Below, one piece after another: positions 54,758 to 63,581 of a stretch of DNA of 64,000 nt (position 1 is the stretch's first letter; each line of letters opens with the position of its first letter). Location: assembly GCA_964554805.1 (NCBI GenBank), contig CAZKPX010000003.1, positions 76,366-140,365 on the forward strand. Reading direction: 5' to 3'. Position numbers and translations under genes: made by a program. This DNA is from an uncultured Candidatus Saccharibacteria bacterium. Lineage in GTDB: Bacteria > Patescibacteriota > CAZHWT01. The notes under the pieces were generated by a model. That model ran no database searches. It saw only the letters and a list, made by a program, of their open reading frames with translations, and was not told the DNA's origin.

Positions 54758-54848
54758 TGGTACGTTGTCGGTCGTCTGTTGTCAGTGGTCTGCTGATTTT
54801 TTGGCTGATCACCGATAACCGTCAACGAACAACCGTTAACTATCTCAT

Positions 54849-57491
54849 ATGTCTGCCCTTTCTTATTTAATCCATCTTCCGCAGTGGTGGTATATCGATC
54901 GTACAAAATGGTGGTCTCGATTTGCCAGCCGTAGCTTGCTGCTGCTATCAGATAGGCTGGCTGTTGCTCCGCAATTTCAAGCCCTATTTGCCCCCTATCA
55001 CAATGACACAACTATCGTCGGCCGATCCATTGGTTTTGCCATGAGATTGTTATGGTTGGTGTTGGGAGTAGTTGTTTTGTTGGCTGCAGTGTTGGTTTTA
55101 GTGGTTGGTTTTAGTGGTTGGTTGTTGATGCCAATTGGACTGATTTGGGGTGTGATTTGGGGCCAGTGGTGGTTGCTATTGGGGCTGCTTGCTACTTCGG
55201 CTAGCTTGGCTGTCTATTGGTTTGGCTATGCCTTGCAACCAAAGTACATCTTAGCGGATCTGATTAATCCTGAGACTAATCAGTTTGATTTGCCGGTGGC
55301 TCAGGATTTGCGTGAGTATGCTTCAGGGGCAGCGCGGTCTATTTTGAAAGATTTGCCGCCACAGTTCTCGACAGGAATTATAATGCGAGCCTTGGCTAAT
55401 GATGCTGATGTTTTGCGGTTGTGTAAGCGCATGGAACTGTCTGACCAGCCATTGCTTGCTCGAATTAGCCAGCAGTCATCGCGCCAAAGCCAGGTGGTGT
55501 CGGAACAAGTCTTTATTGGGCAGGCTATTCAGCGCGGCCTAGATCATCACCACCGTCATTTAACCACTTCTGATCTATTTTTGGCCTTGATCGCCAGCAG
55601 TGATTTGATGCAAAAGATCTTGTCTGAGCTGGGCGTTCAGTTGGATGAGTTGGATAAGGCGGTAGCTTGGGTGGAGGCTGAGCAGCGTCAGCGGGGACGT
55701 TGGAAGTGGTGGACAGATGAGCATTTCCGTCGCTTGGGCGGTGTTGATCGAGGTTGGGTTAGTGGCTGGACGCCCACGGCTCGCCGTTTTTCTCTTGATA
55801 TCACCAATGAAGTATCGTCGGGGCGTGTGCCGTATATTATTGGTCGAGACAAAGAGATTGGTCAGGTGATGCGGATACTGGAACGCTCAACCAAGAGTAA
55901 TGTGCTGTTATTGGGAGAGCCCGGTGTGGGCAAGAGCTCGATAGTGGATGGTATTGCGCAGGCTATTTTGCAAGCTCAGGTATCCCCTGCTCTGGCTGAG
56001 TCGAGGGTTATTGAATTGGATGTGACTGGCATGTTGTCGAGCATTGGTGCGGGTCAAGATTTTCAAACGGTTTTTAGTAAGGTTTTACAAGAATTGACTG
56101 CTGCCAGAACAATTTTGTTTATCGATGCTATCGAGCACCTAGTGGATCAAAGCGGTTTGGGAACGGTTAATGCCAGCGCGGTTTTGGAGCCATTTTTGGA
56201 ATCCGGTCAGTTAAAGGTAGTGGGCTCAACGACCTTGGCTGCCTATCATCGCATCTTGCAGCCCCAGGCTGCTTTGGCCCAACATTTTCAACCCGTGGCA
56301 ATCGAAGAGCCGTCAGTTGAGGCTGCTACGGCCATTGTTCAGGAATTTGCCGCTACTATTGAGCAGGACCAGAAGGTTCAGATTAGCCTGCCCGCTATCT
56401 CGGCCACAGTTGAATTGGCTCAGCGCTATATTCATGATCGAGTTCTGCCTGAAAAAGCTATTGATTTGTTGGATGAGGTGGCTGCGGAGGTAAGTCGAAA
56501 CAAAAAAGATCAGGTGACAGCTGAAGATGTGGCGCGGGTGGTGTCGGACAAGACAGGTATTCCAGTCGATACCGTGACCGAGTCTGAGGCAGCCAAACTG
56601 AATAATTTGGAGGAGTTGTTGCAAAAGCGGGTGGTTGGTCAGGAAGAGGCGGTGGAGGCAGTGGCCAATGCTTTGCGTCGTTCTCGGGCTGGTCTCGCTG
56701 ATGAGTCAAAGCCGATTGCGGTATTGATGTTTGTCGGTCCAACCGGGACTGGTAAAACAGAATTGGCCAAAACGGTAGCTGAGAGTTATTTTGGATCGGA
56801 ATCGGCTATGATTCGACTGGACATGAGCGAATATCAGACGGCTGACAGTTTGCATAAGCTAATCGGTCCTCCACCCGGCCAAGCGGATTTTGAGCTAGGC
56901 GGGCAATTGACTACAGCTATTCAGGATAATCCATACACTGTTCTGCTGCTGGACGAGCTAGAGAAGGCCAATCCACGTATTTTGGACGTTTTTTTGCAGG
57001 TATTTGATGATGGTCATTTGACTGACAGCGCCGGTAGGCGGACTTTGTTTAACCACACAGTTATTATTTGTACCTCTAATGCCGGATCCCGGTCGATTCA
57101 ATCGGCTCTGCAGCAAGGGTATACTTTGCAACAAATGGCGCCGGCTATTAAAGAGATGTTGGCTCAAAAATATTTCCGTCCCGAGTTCTTGAATCGGTTT
57201 GATGATGTTGTTGTCTTTAAGCCGTTGGCCGAGAGTCAGATATTGCAGATAACACGCAAGATGATCCAAGAGGTAATATCTGGGCTGGCTGCGAAAAATA
57301 TTACGGTTACCATTAGCGATGACTTGGTGGCCGCTATTGCCAAGGCTGGCTATGATCCGCTGTATGGAGCTCGGCCATTGCGACATGTTATTCAGGATAA
57401 GCTGGAAAATGCGCTGGCCAAACAGCTGCTGTCCGGTGAAGTCAAGGCGGGCTCGGTGGTGGAACTAAATACTTCGAATGTGTCTGTTTGA
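54849..57491 (+). CDS. Clp/Hsp100-family double-ring AAA+ ATPase with an N-terminal transmembrane segment and no long M-domain
   Basis: Two Clp_N-like repeats. NBD1 Walker A LLGEPGVGKSSIV. NBD2 Walker A FVGPTGTGKTELAK. Sensor-2 GARPLRHVIQ. Residues 60-130 are strongly hydrophobic (2-3 TM). No IGF/LGF tripeptide seen. Confidence 0.7.
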   Translation: MSALSYLIHLPQWWYIDRTKWWSRFASRSLLLLSDRLAVAPQFQALFAPYHNDTTIVGRSIGFAMRLLWLVLGVVVLLAAVLVLVVGFSGWLLMPIGLIWGVIWGQWWLLLGLLATSASLAVYWFGYALQPKYILADLINPETNQFDLPVAQDLREYASGAARSILKDLPPQFSTGIIMRALANDADVLRLCKRMELSDQPLLARISQQSSRQSQVVSEQVFIGQAIQRGLDHHHRHLTTSDLFLALIASSDLMQKILSELGVQLDELDKAVAWVEAEQRQRGRWKWWTDEHFRRLGGVDRGWVSGWTPTARRFSLDITNEVSSGRVPYIIGRDKEIGQVMRILERSTKSNVLLLGEPGVGKSSIVDGIAQAILQAQVSPALAESRVIELDVTGMLSSIGAGQDFQTVFSKVLQELTAARTILFIDAIEHLVDQSGLGTVNASAVLEPFLESGQLKVVGSTTLAAYHRILQPQAALAQHFQPVAIEEPSVEAATAIVQEFAATIEQDQKVQISLPAISATVELAQRYIHDRVLPEKAIDLLDEVAAEVSRNKKDQVTAEDVARVVSDKTGIPVDTVTESEAAKLNNLEELLQKRVVGQEEAVEAVANALRRSRAGLADESKPIAVLMFVGPTGTGKTELAKTVAESYFGSESAMIRLDMSEYQTADSLHKLIGPPPGQADFELGGQLTTAIQDNPYTVLLLDELEKANPRILDVFLQVFDDGHLTDSAGRRTLFNHTVIICTSNAGSRSIQSALQQGYTLQQMAPAIKEMLAQKYFRPEFLNRFDDVVVFKPLAESQILQITRKMIQEVISGLAAKNITVTISDDLVAAIAKAGYDPLYGARPLRHVIQDKLENALAKQLLSGEVKAGSVVELNTSNVSV

Positions 57492-57497
57492 GGCTGA

Positions 57498-58391
57498 TTG
57501 GATATGGTAAGGTCATCTAGTTTTGATATTCACCAAGAGCTAGGCTCATATGGCTTGGAAGACCAGGCTTGGGCCAACGAGTTGCCGGAGGCGATACGGG
57601 AGTTGTATGACCCAACCTGGGCTGGATTGCAAGCTGAGGAGGATAGTTATAACTACGATGATTTGCGAGTAATCCTGGATAATATACGGCGAGGCTTGGG
57701 TTATGGCATCTATAGCCAAGCCAAGCCAGATCAATCAGATGAGATTTACCAGAAAATAGATAGGTTGGAGCAGGCTTTGCTTGAGGCTGAGCAGGAGTCG
57801 CTAGGTGGTTTGGATGAGCTGGGGATACATATGAGCTATCAGCATAGCAATTGTCAGGAATTTGGGATTGATAGTCGTTTTCTAGGTTCACCGCAAAGAG
57901 CTGAATTGGCCTGGTTGAGGTATTTTGTTGGCCAGACAAGTGCTAATTATCAGCTGACTATGCAGCTTTTGATGGATATTTATCAGCTGGACAATCCGAC
58001 CTTTACTGATGATATAAAGCAAAAAATGATAGATCGGGGCTATGATAAACCGCAATTTAGCTTATATGGCCGACAGGCAGCCGTGGATTTTTTGGATGAG
58101 CAGGGCTTTGGTAGCGGGGATATTCAGGGTAACTTTTTGATTAATTTTAATCTGCCCAAGCCATTGGGTAGAATGTGGTATCGGGGTGGTAGTGAAGATC
58201 CTTCGTATGAGATACCGGAAGATTCTATTGCTTGGGGATATTTTTATAGAAATTGTATGTCGGCTATGTATAGTGCCCAGTATTCGGCTGAGAGGCAAGG
58301 GTATTTCTTTGATAGAATTAATGCCATGGGTCAGCATGACTGGAGGCAGTATTATTATTTGTACGTATTGATTGGCAGGGCTCAATCTTGA
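57498..58391 (+). CDS. Hypothetical protein, 7 nt downstream of the Clp-like gene
   Basis: 297 aa, Tyr/Gln/Asp-rich, no motif recognised. Confidence 0.35.
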   Translation: MDMVRSSSFDIHQELGSYGLEDQAWANELPEAIRELYDPTWAGLQAEEDSYNYDDLRVILDNIRRGLGYGIYSQAKPDQSDEIYQKIDRLEQALLEAEQESLGGLDELGIHMSYQHSNCQEFGIDSRFLGSPQRAELAWLRYFVGQTSANYQLTMQLLMDIYQLDNPTFTDDIKQKMIDRGYDKPQFSLYGRQAAVDFLDEQGFGSGDIQGNFLINFNLPKPLGRMWYRGGSEDPSYEIPEDSIAWGYFYRNCMSAMYSAQYSAERQGYFFDRINAMGQHDWRQYYYLYVLIGRAQS

Positions 58392-58559
58392 TCGCTGGTC
58401 GGGAGGGGTTGTTTTTCCCAGTAGCGGTTGCTGGCTTCTCTCTAGTGTTGTATGCTGTAGTTATCATTAGATAGTTCCTGTTCTTGGTGTATGCTGCCTT
58501 CCTTCTCCCGACTACCTTTTAGTTTAATTTCCCTGCCCGATTCAAAGCATATGCGCTAC

Positions 58560-58570
58560 GGGGGGGGGGG
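58560..58570 (+). repeat. G11 homopolymeric tract in the translation-initiation region of the giant Cys-repeat protein
   Basis: atgcgctac followed by 11 G, then tgcttctcggcc. The ATG at 58551 is in frame 0, the long ORF in frame 1. One additional G, or a loss of two G, would fuse the ATG to the ORF. Confidence 0.8.
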
Positions 58571-61500
58571 TGCTTCTCGGCCTGGTTTTTCTTGGACTGC
58601 TTGGTTTTGTCTGGTTGTCTAGTGTGTCTCCGACTATTTCTCTGACTAAAACTGTTTTTCTGGCTTCGGAGTCTGTAACGGCTGTGATGGCCCATGCCTC
58701 TGCTGATAGACTGAAGGCTGAGGTGGTGACCAGTGATGGGGATAAGACGGGCCTGGCGGTTGAGGTGACGGCCTCTGGCTCGGATGCTCTGTTGACGATT
58801 CCGGCTTTGCGGGCGTTGACCCCGGGTGGGTATGTGCTAAAGGTGACGGATGCTGCTGGCCGCCAGTATAGTCAGGATTTCTCTTGGGGTGTTTTGGCGC
58901 TCAATATGACCAAGTCGGTGTATGCTTCCGGAGAGACGGTTGAGGTGCAGATGGCGGTTTTGAATCAGCGCGGGGCGATGGTGTGTGATGCTGAGGTCAG
59001 GCTGGTTATTACCTCGCCGACCGGCAAGAGTCAAACGCTTTCGACAACCGAGGATCGCATAAAGGTTAATCCATCCTGCACAGTTAAAGATTTTACTGAG
59101 GAGCCTGATTATGAGGCTTCGTTTGAGGTGGCGGAGCCGGGGCGCTATGATTTGAAGTTGACGGCGGTGACGGCTGATGATTCATTTACCATTACTGATA
59201 CTTTGACGGTTCAGCAGCCAGTTGCCGATCCGCTGATTATTACCCGACAGTCGGCCACCCGCATTTATCCGGTTAATACCTATCCGGTTCATATGACGGT
59301 GACAACCACTGAGGATTTTAACGGAACTATTACCGAGACAGTCCCCTACTCTTTTGAGATTTCACCATTGGAGGAGACTGTCTCTTATTCGTACGAACAG
59401 TTTAACCGTAAGGGCGCAGTTAACGAACAATACAAGCAGCTGCACTGGCAGGATGTGTCACTAAAAAAAGGTCAGTCTATAACCCTAGGCTACCAGTATG
59501 ACGCGCCCAATGAGTCGCCTAATTTCTTTCTAGCCGGACCACTGAGTGCTACCACCTCCGACCTCCAATCTCCTGCCTCCTATTTCACCGAACCCCGCTC
59601 CTGGCAAATAGCCGTCGACGCTGTGCTGACGGCTATTGAGCAGCAGATTACTATTACGAATCAAGCCTACCAAACCAACTCCCAATCCCCTGCGCCGACG
59701 GATAATTCATTGGGGTTGGTGCAGTGGGATGAAGCTGCTTATTCTAATGCGGAGGTGTATTTGGAGGCTAGGCTTGGACAGCAGCAGTCCGCTCCTTATA
59801 TGGGGGATATAACCAGTCATGCGACCATGGATTGTCCAGCGGCTGATGATTGTAAGATTGCTTATTATGATGCTGTGGGAGGAGATCTGCGATTTAGGGA
59901 TTGTGACGATGCTGTCTGCTCGACTGGAACGATAGTACTGCTTGATGGTAATGTGGGGTGCGTCATGGCCAATTGTTCCACCATAGCCAATGTGGGGCAG
60001 TTTGCTTCTATAGATTGTCCAGCGGCTGATGATTGTAAGATTGCTTATTATGATACAACCAATCAGGATTTGCGCTTTATTGATTGCAATGATGGGACTT
60101 GCTCGACGGGGACTAATGCATTGCTGGACGGTCGGGCAGGGTGTGTGTTGACTGGGTGTGCCGCTTCGGGGGATAGGGGGGCTGGCGTTTCTATCGACTG
60201 CGTTGCCTCTAGTGACTGCAAGATAGCTTACCAGGATACAACCTCAACGGCGCTGCGTTTTGCTGACTGTAATACAGCTGGCTGTAGTTCGGGTGTGGTG
60301 TCGTTGTTGGATGGTGTTGCTGGGTGTGTGTTGACTGGGTGTGCCACACTTGGTTCAAGTGGCCAGTATCAGTCGATTCGTTGTCTGGCCACAGATGACT
60401 GTAAGATTGCTTACTATAGCGCAACCCTTCAGCATCTCCGCTTTGCCGATTGTGATACCGCCAACTGTAGTGCTGGTACGGTGGTAGAAATAGATGGATC
60501 TGCAGGATGTGTGTTGGAAGGATGTTTGACTAACAATATTGGAATGTATGTTTCGATGGATTGTTTGGCTACCGATGACTGTAAGATTGCTTATTATGAT
60601 ACTACTGGATCTGATCTGAGATTTGCTGATTGTGATACTGCAACCTGTTCTTCCGGCTTTTCGACATTGATTGATGGAGGGGCTGGATGTGTTCTTTCGG
60701 GATGCGTAAACACAAATACCCTGGGTCGGTATCCAGATATCAGCTGTGTTGCTAGTGACGATTGCAAGATCAGCTATGGTCATTATAGTAGCTTCTTGTT
60801 TACTTATAGCACGCTACTATTTGCTGACTGCGATACTTCCAGTTGCTCGTCTGGCTCTGTCTCAATTTTGGATAATCGAGGATCGTGCGTTTTGACCGGG
60901 TGCAATCCCAGCACCACAGGCTCGCAGGCAACTAATAGTTCGATCATCTGTATGGCTAGCGATGATTGCAAAGTGAGTTACACTAACCCCCACTTCGACA
61001 GTCTCCATTTTGCTGACTGTAGCGCGGCTAATTGCTCATCCGGACAGACGACTTTGGTGGATGGAGCATATAAGCCATTCATGCTCGGGCGACCAAGTAT
61101 GAGCTGCCCCCAGTCGGATAACTGCAAGATTATTTACCTTACGAATTCAAAAAGGGACGGCTCAGAGCGCTTGCTGAAATTTAAGGATTGTGATGATGTT
61201 CAATGTGATACTGGAACAATCGTGGTTCTGGACGGTGCAATGAGTTGCATGTTAGATAATTGTTCTGATAGCCGGAGAGTTGGTCAGAATATGTCTTTAG
61301 ACTGTCCTAGCTCTGCTAATTGCAAAATTACTTACTATGATGAGACTAACATGGAATTACGATTTGTCAATTGTAACGGTGAGGTTTGTGGGGCAGGAGC
61401 GACAATCTTGATTGACGGTGGCCCTGACTGCGCCTTGGCTAATTGTGTGTCTGGTCAAGATATTGGTGATTTCCCTGCGCTTGATTGCCCGACTGCAGAT

Positions 61501-63447
61501 AACTGCAAGGTTGCTTATTATCAGCGAACACCTAACGGCGGTCTACGTTTTGCCGATTGTGACAATGCTGACTGTTCGGCTGGCACAGTTAGTGTGTTGG
61601 ATGGGCAAGCTGCTTGTGCATTAACCGGCTGCCTTGCTGTAAGATCTCCTGGTGCTTTCAAATCTATATCTTGTCCTGCTGCAGACGATTGCAAGATTGC
61701 ATACCATAGCAATAATGATTCTGCTCTCTATTTTGCCGACTGCGACGATGAGGCTTGCTCGAGCGGTACAGTGGCTCTGCTGGATGGTGCTGCATCCTGT
61801 TCTCTCAGTGACTGCACTGAGTCTTTGGATGTAAGAGAGGCTATTTCTATGGATTGCCTGGTGAGTGACGATTGTAAGATTGCCTACCATGATTATGGCA
61901 ATAGTGATTTGCGTTTTATTGATTGCAACAACGCAACTTGCTCTATTGGATCATCTACCTTATTGGATGGTAGGTCGGGCTGTGTTTTAACAGGCTGTAA
62001 TCCTAGTGGATCAAACGGTCTTTCACACTCTATTAGTTGCTTGTCTACAGATGATTGTAAAATTAGCTACTACAGCACAACGAGCCAACATCTGCGTTTT
62101 GCTGATTGTAATAATGCTGATTGTTCTACAGGTACGGTTAGTTTGTTAGATGGGTTCGCAAACTGTACGCTTTCAGGCTGCTCATCATCAAATGATGGCC
62201 AATTTTCTTCGGCCTTAGATTGTTCGCTAGCGACTGATTGTAAGATTGCCTATACTTCAAGTACTGTGTTGCGCTTTGCTGACTGCGACAGTGCGGGTTG
62301 CACTTCCGGGTCGATGGCAACTGCAGATCGGGGCTACCCACTTTCTTGGCTCCAGCTTTATTCTACAGCTGGAGTGGCGATTCCGGATGCTATCGTCAGC
62401 AAGGAAATTACTATAAGTGGCTTGACTGCTAGCGAGCCCCCGATGCGCTTAAAGAGTCATAGCTTAAGCTTGACTGACGCGACTGCTTATACTGTTAGAG
62501 CCTGGACATCGACTCCGGGCTTAACAACCGCTATTCACTCCGCCAAACTAATCGTCAAGCAAAATAACGGTGGTGGGATTACGGCTACGCAGACTATGGT
62601 GGAGGTGGGGGCGCATCAGGTGCAGACGGGGACGAATGGGTGGGGAATGTTGGATTCGCCTAAGATGTATTATTATAATCCGGCTAATTTTTCGGGAACG
62701 GTAGCGGTTTATTTTGAGGCTACTTTGGGGGCGGCAGTCTCTAATTCTTACGCGGCTTTGTCCAGTGATCCAACCTGCGCCAGCCGAGTGGCTGGGTCGG
62801 AGGTCAGTTATTCGACTATGGACTTTGCCTGGGTGTTACGGCGGTCATCGGCTTTAACCTTGCCAGCAGGACAATATCATGTCTGCATGAGCGGAGCAGG
62901 AGTGGCCAATGGAGTGGCCAATGCTAAGCTGATTATTGCTACGACTGGATCTTTGGACAAAACGCAAACGGTTCAACAATTGGTTGTTGCAGCGACTGAA
63001 GATAATGATGCTGCTTACACCCCGCACTCTAATTTGGTCTATCTGGATAAATCTAATTATGCCGGAGATGATTCGTACTATTATCTGGAATCGGTTATGA
63101 AAACATCTTCTGGCACCGGATCGGTTCAGCTCTATAATGAATCCGATTCCGCTATTGTTGATGATTCAGAGTTGACGACTACCTCAAGTGTTTTTGAAAG
63201 AGTCTTCAGTCAGGACCTGGAGGCTGATTTAGCAACCGCCAAGAATTATCAGCTACGACTCAAGGGTGGGTCTAGCAACACAGTCTCCGTGTCCTCAGCC
63301 TGGCTGGTAGTGCAGGTCAGTCTTAATGGAGCTTACCAGGAAGGCTCTTTGCCGCCGCCAGTGACTGGGCCCTCAATGAGTCAGCTGATGAAGAATGGTT
63401 TGTGGTGGAAGGACGGGGTTAAGCAGCCGTATTGGTTGGGGGAGTGA
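58570..63447 (+). CDS. Giant secreted/anchored protein: N-terminal signal/TM, Ig-like region, 14 tandem ~60 aa six-cysteine repeats, C-terminal roughly 350 aa domain
   Basis: Repeat consensus DCxxxDDCKIAYYDxxxxDLRFADCDxAxCSxGTxxLLDGxAGCVLTGC. Start drawn at GTG 58570, which depends on the G-tract state. Confidence 0.6.
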   Translation: MLLGLVFLGLLGFVWLSSVSPTISLTKTVFLASESVTAVMAHASADRLKAEVVTSDGDKTGLAVEVTASGSDALLTIPALRALTPGGYVLKVTDAAGRQYSQDFSWGVLALNMTKSVYASGETVEVQMAVLNQRGAMVCDAEVRLVITSPTGKSQTLSTTEDRIKVNPSCTVKDFTEEPDYEASFEVAEPGRYDLKLTAVTADDSFTITDTLTVQQPVADPLIITRQSATRIYPVNTYPVHMTVTTTEDFNGTITETVPYSFEISPLEETVSYSYEQFNRKGAVNEQYKQLHWQDVSLKKGQSITLGYQYDAPNESPNFFLAGPLSATTSDLQSPASYFTEPRSWQIAVDAVLTAIEQQITITNQAYQTNSQSPAPTDNSLGLVQWDEAAYSNAEVYLEARLGQQQSAPYMGDITSHATMDCPAADDCKIAYYDAVGGDLRFRDCDDAVCSTGTIVLLDGNVGCVMANCSTIANVGQFASIDCPAADDCKIAYYDTTNQDLRFIDCNDGTCSTGTNALLDGRAGCVLTGCAASGDRGAGVSIDCVASSDCKIAYQDTTSTALRFADCNTAGCSSGVVSLLDGVAGCVLTGCATLGSSGQYQSIRCLATDDCKIAYYSATLQHLRFADCDTANCSAGTVVEIDGSAGCVLEGCLTNNIGMYVSMDCLATDDCKIAYYDTTGSDLRFADCDTATCSSGFSTLIDGGAGCVLSGCVNTNTLGRYPDISCVASDDCKISYGHYSSFLFTYSTLLFADCDTSSCSSGSVSILDNRGSCVLTGCNPSTTGSQATNSSIICMASDDCKVSYTNPHFDSLHFADCSAANCSSGQTTLVDGAYKPFMLGRPSMSCPQSDNCKIIYLTNSKRDGSERLLKFKDCDDVQCDTGTIVVLDGAMSCMLDNCSDSRRVGQNMSLDCPSSANCKITYYDETNMELRFVNCNGEVCGAGATILIDGGPDCALANCVSGQDIGDFPALDCPTADNCKVAYYQRTPNGGLRFADCDNADCSAGTVSVLDGQAACALTGCLAVRSPGAFKSISCPAADDCKIAYHSNNDSALYFADCDDEACSSGTVALLDGAASCSLSDCTESLDVREAISMDCLVSDDCKIAYHDYGNSDLRFIDCNNATCSIGSSTLLDGRSGCVLTGCNPSGSNGLSHSISCLSTDDCKISYYSTTSQHLRFADCNNADCSTGTVSLLDGFANCTLSGCSSSNDGQFSSALDCSLATDCKIAYTSSTVLRFADCDSAGCTSGSMATADRGYPLSWLQLYSTAGVAIPDAIVSKEITISGLTASEPPMRLKSHSLSLTDATAYTVRAWTSTPGLTTAIHSAKLIVKQNNGGGITATQTMVEVGAHQVQTGTNGWGMLDSPKMYYYNPANFSGTVAVYFEATLGAAVSNSYAALSSDPTCASRVAGSEVSYSTMDFAWVLRRSSALTLPAGQYHVCMSGAGVANGVANAKLIIATTGSLDKTQTVQQLVVAATEDNDAAYTPHSNLVYLDKSNYAGDDSYYYLESVMKTSSGTGSVQLYNESDSAIVDDSELTTTSSVFERVFSQDLEADLATAKNYQLRLKGGSSNTVSVSSAWLVVQVSLNGAYQEGSLPPPVTGPSMSQLMKNGLWWKDGVKQPYWLGE

Positions 63448-63503
63448 GGGGGAGTGAGGGGAGTGAGTGAACAGTGAACAGTGAACAGTGAGGAGTGAGT
63501 GGC
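63440..63503. repeat. Purine-rich (GTGAGGGGA / GTGAACAG)n tract after the stop codon
   Basis: gggggagtgagggggagtgaggggagtgagtgaacagtgaacagtgaacagtgaggagtgagtgg. Confidence 0.75.
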
Positions 63504-63581
63504 AATGTTCAGCTATAAGCTGGCGTCTTGGTCCCTAAACGCTGAACCCTGAATTTTAAAGCCAGCTGCGCTGGCTTGCAT

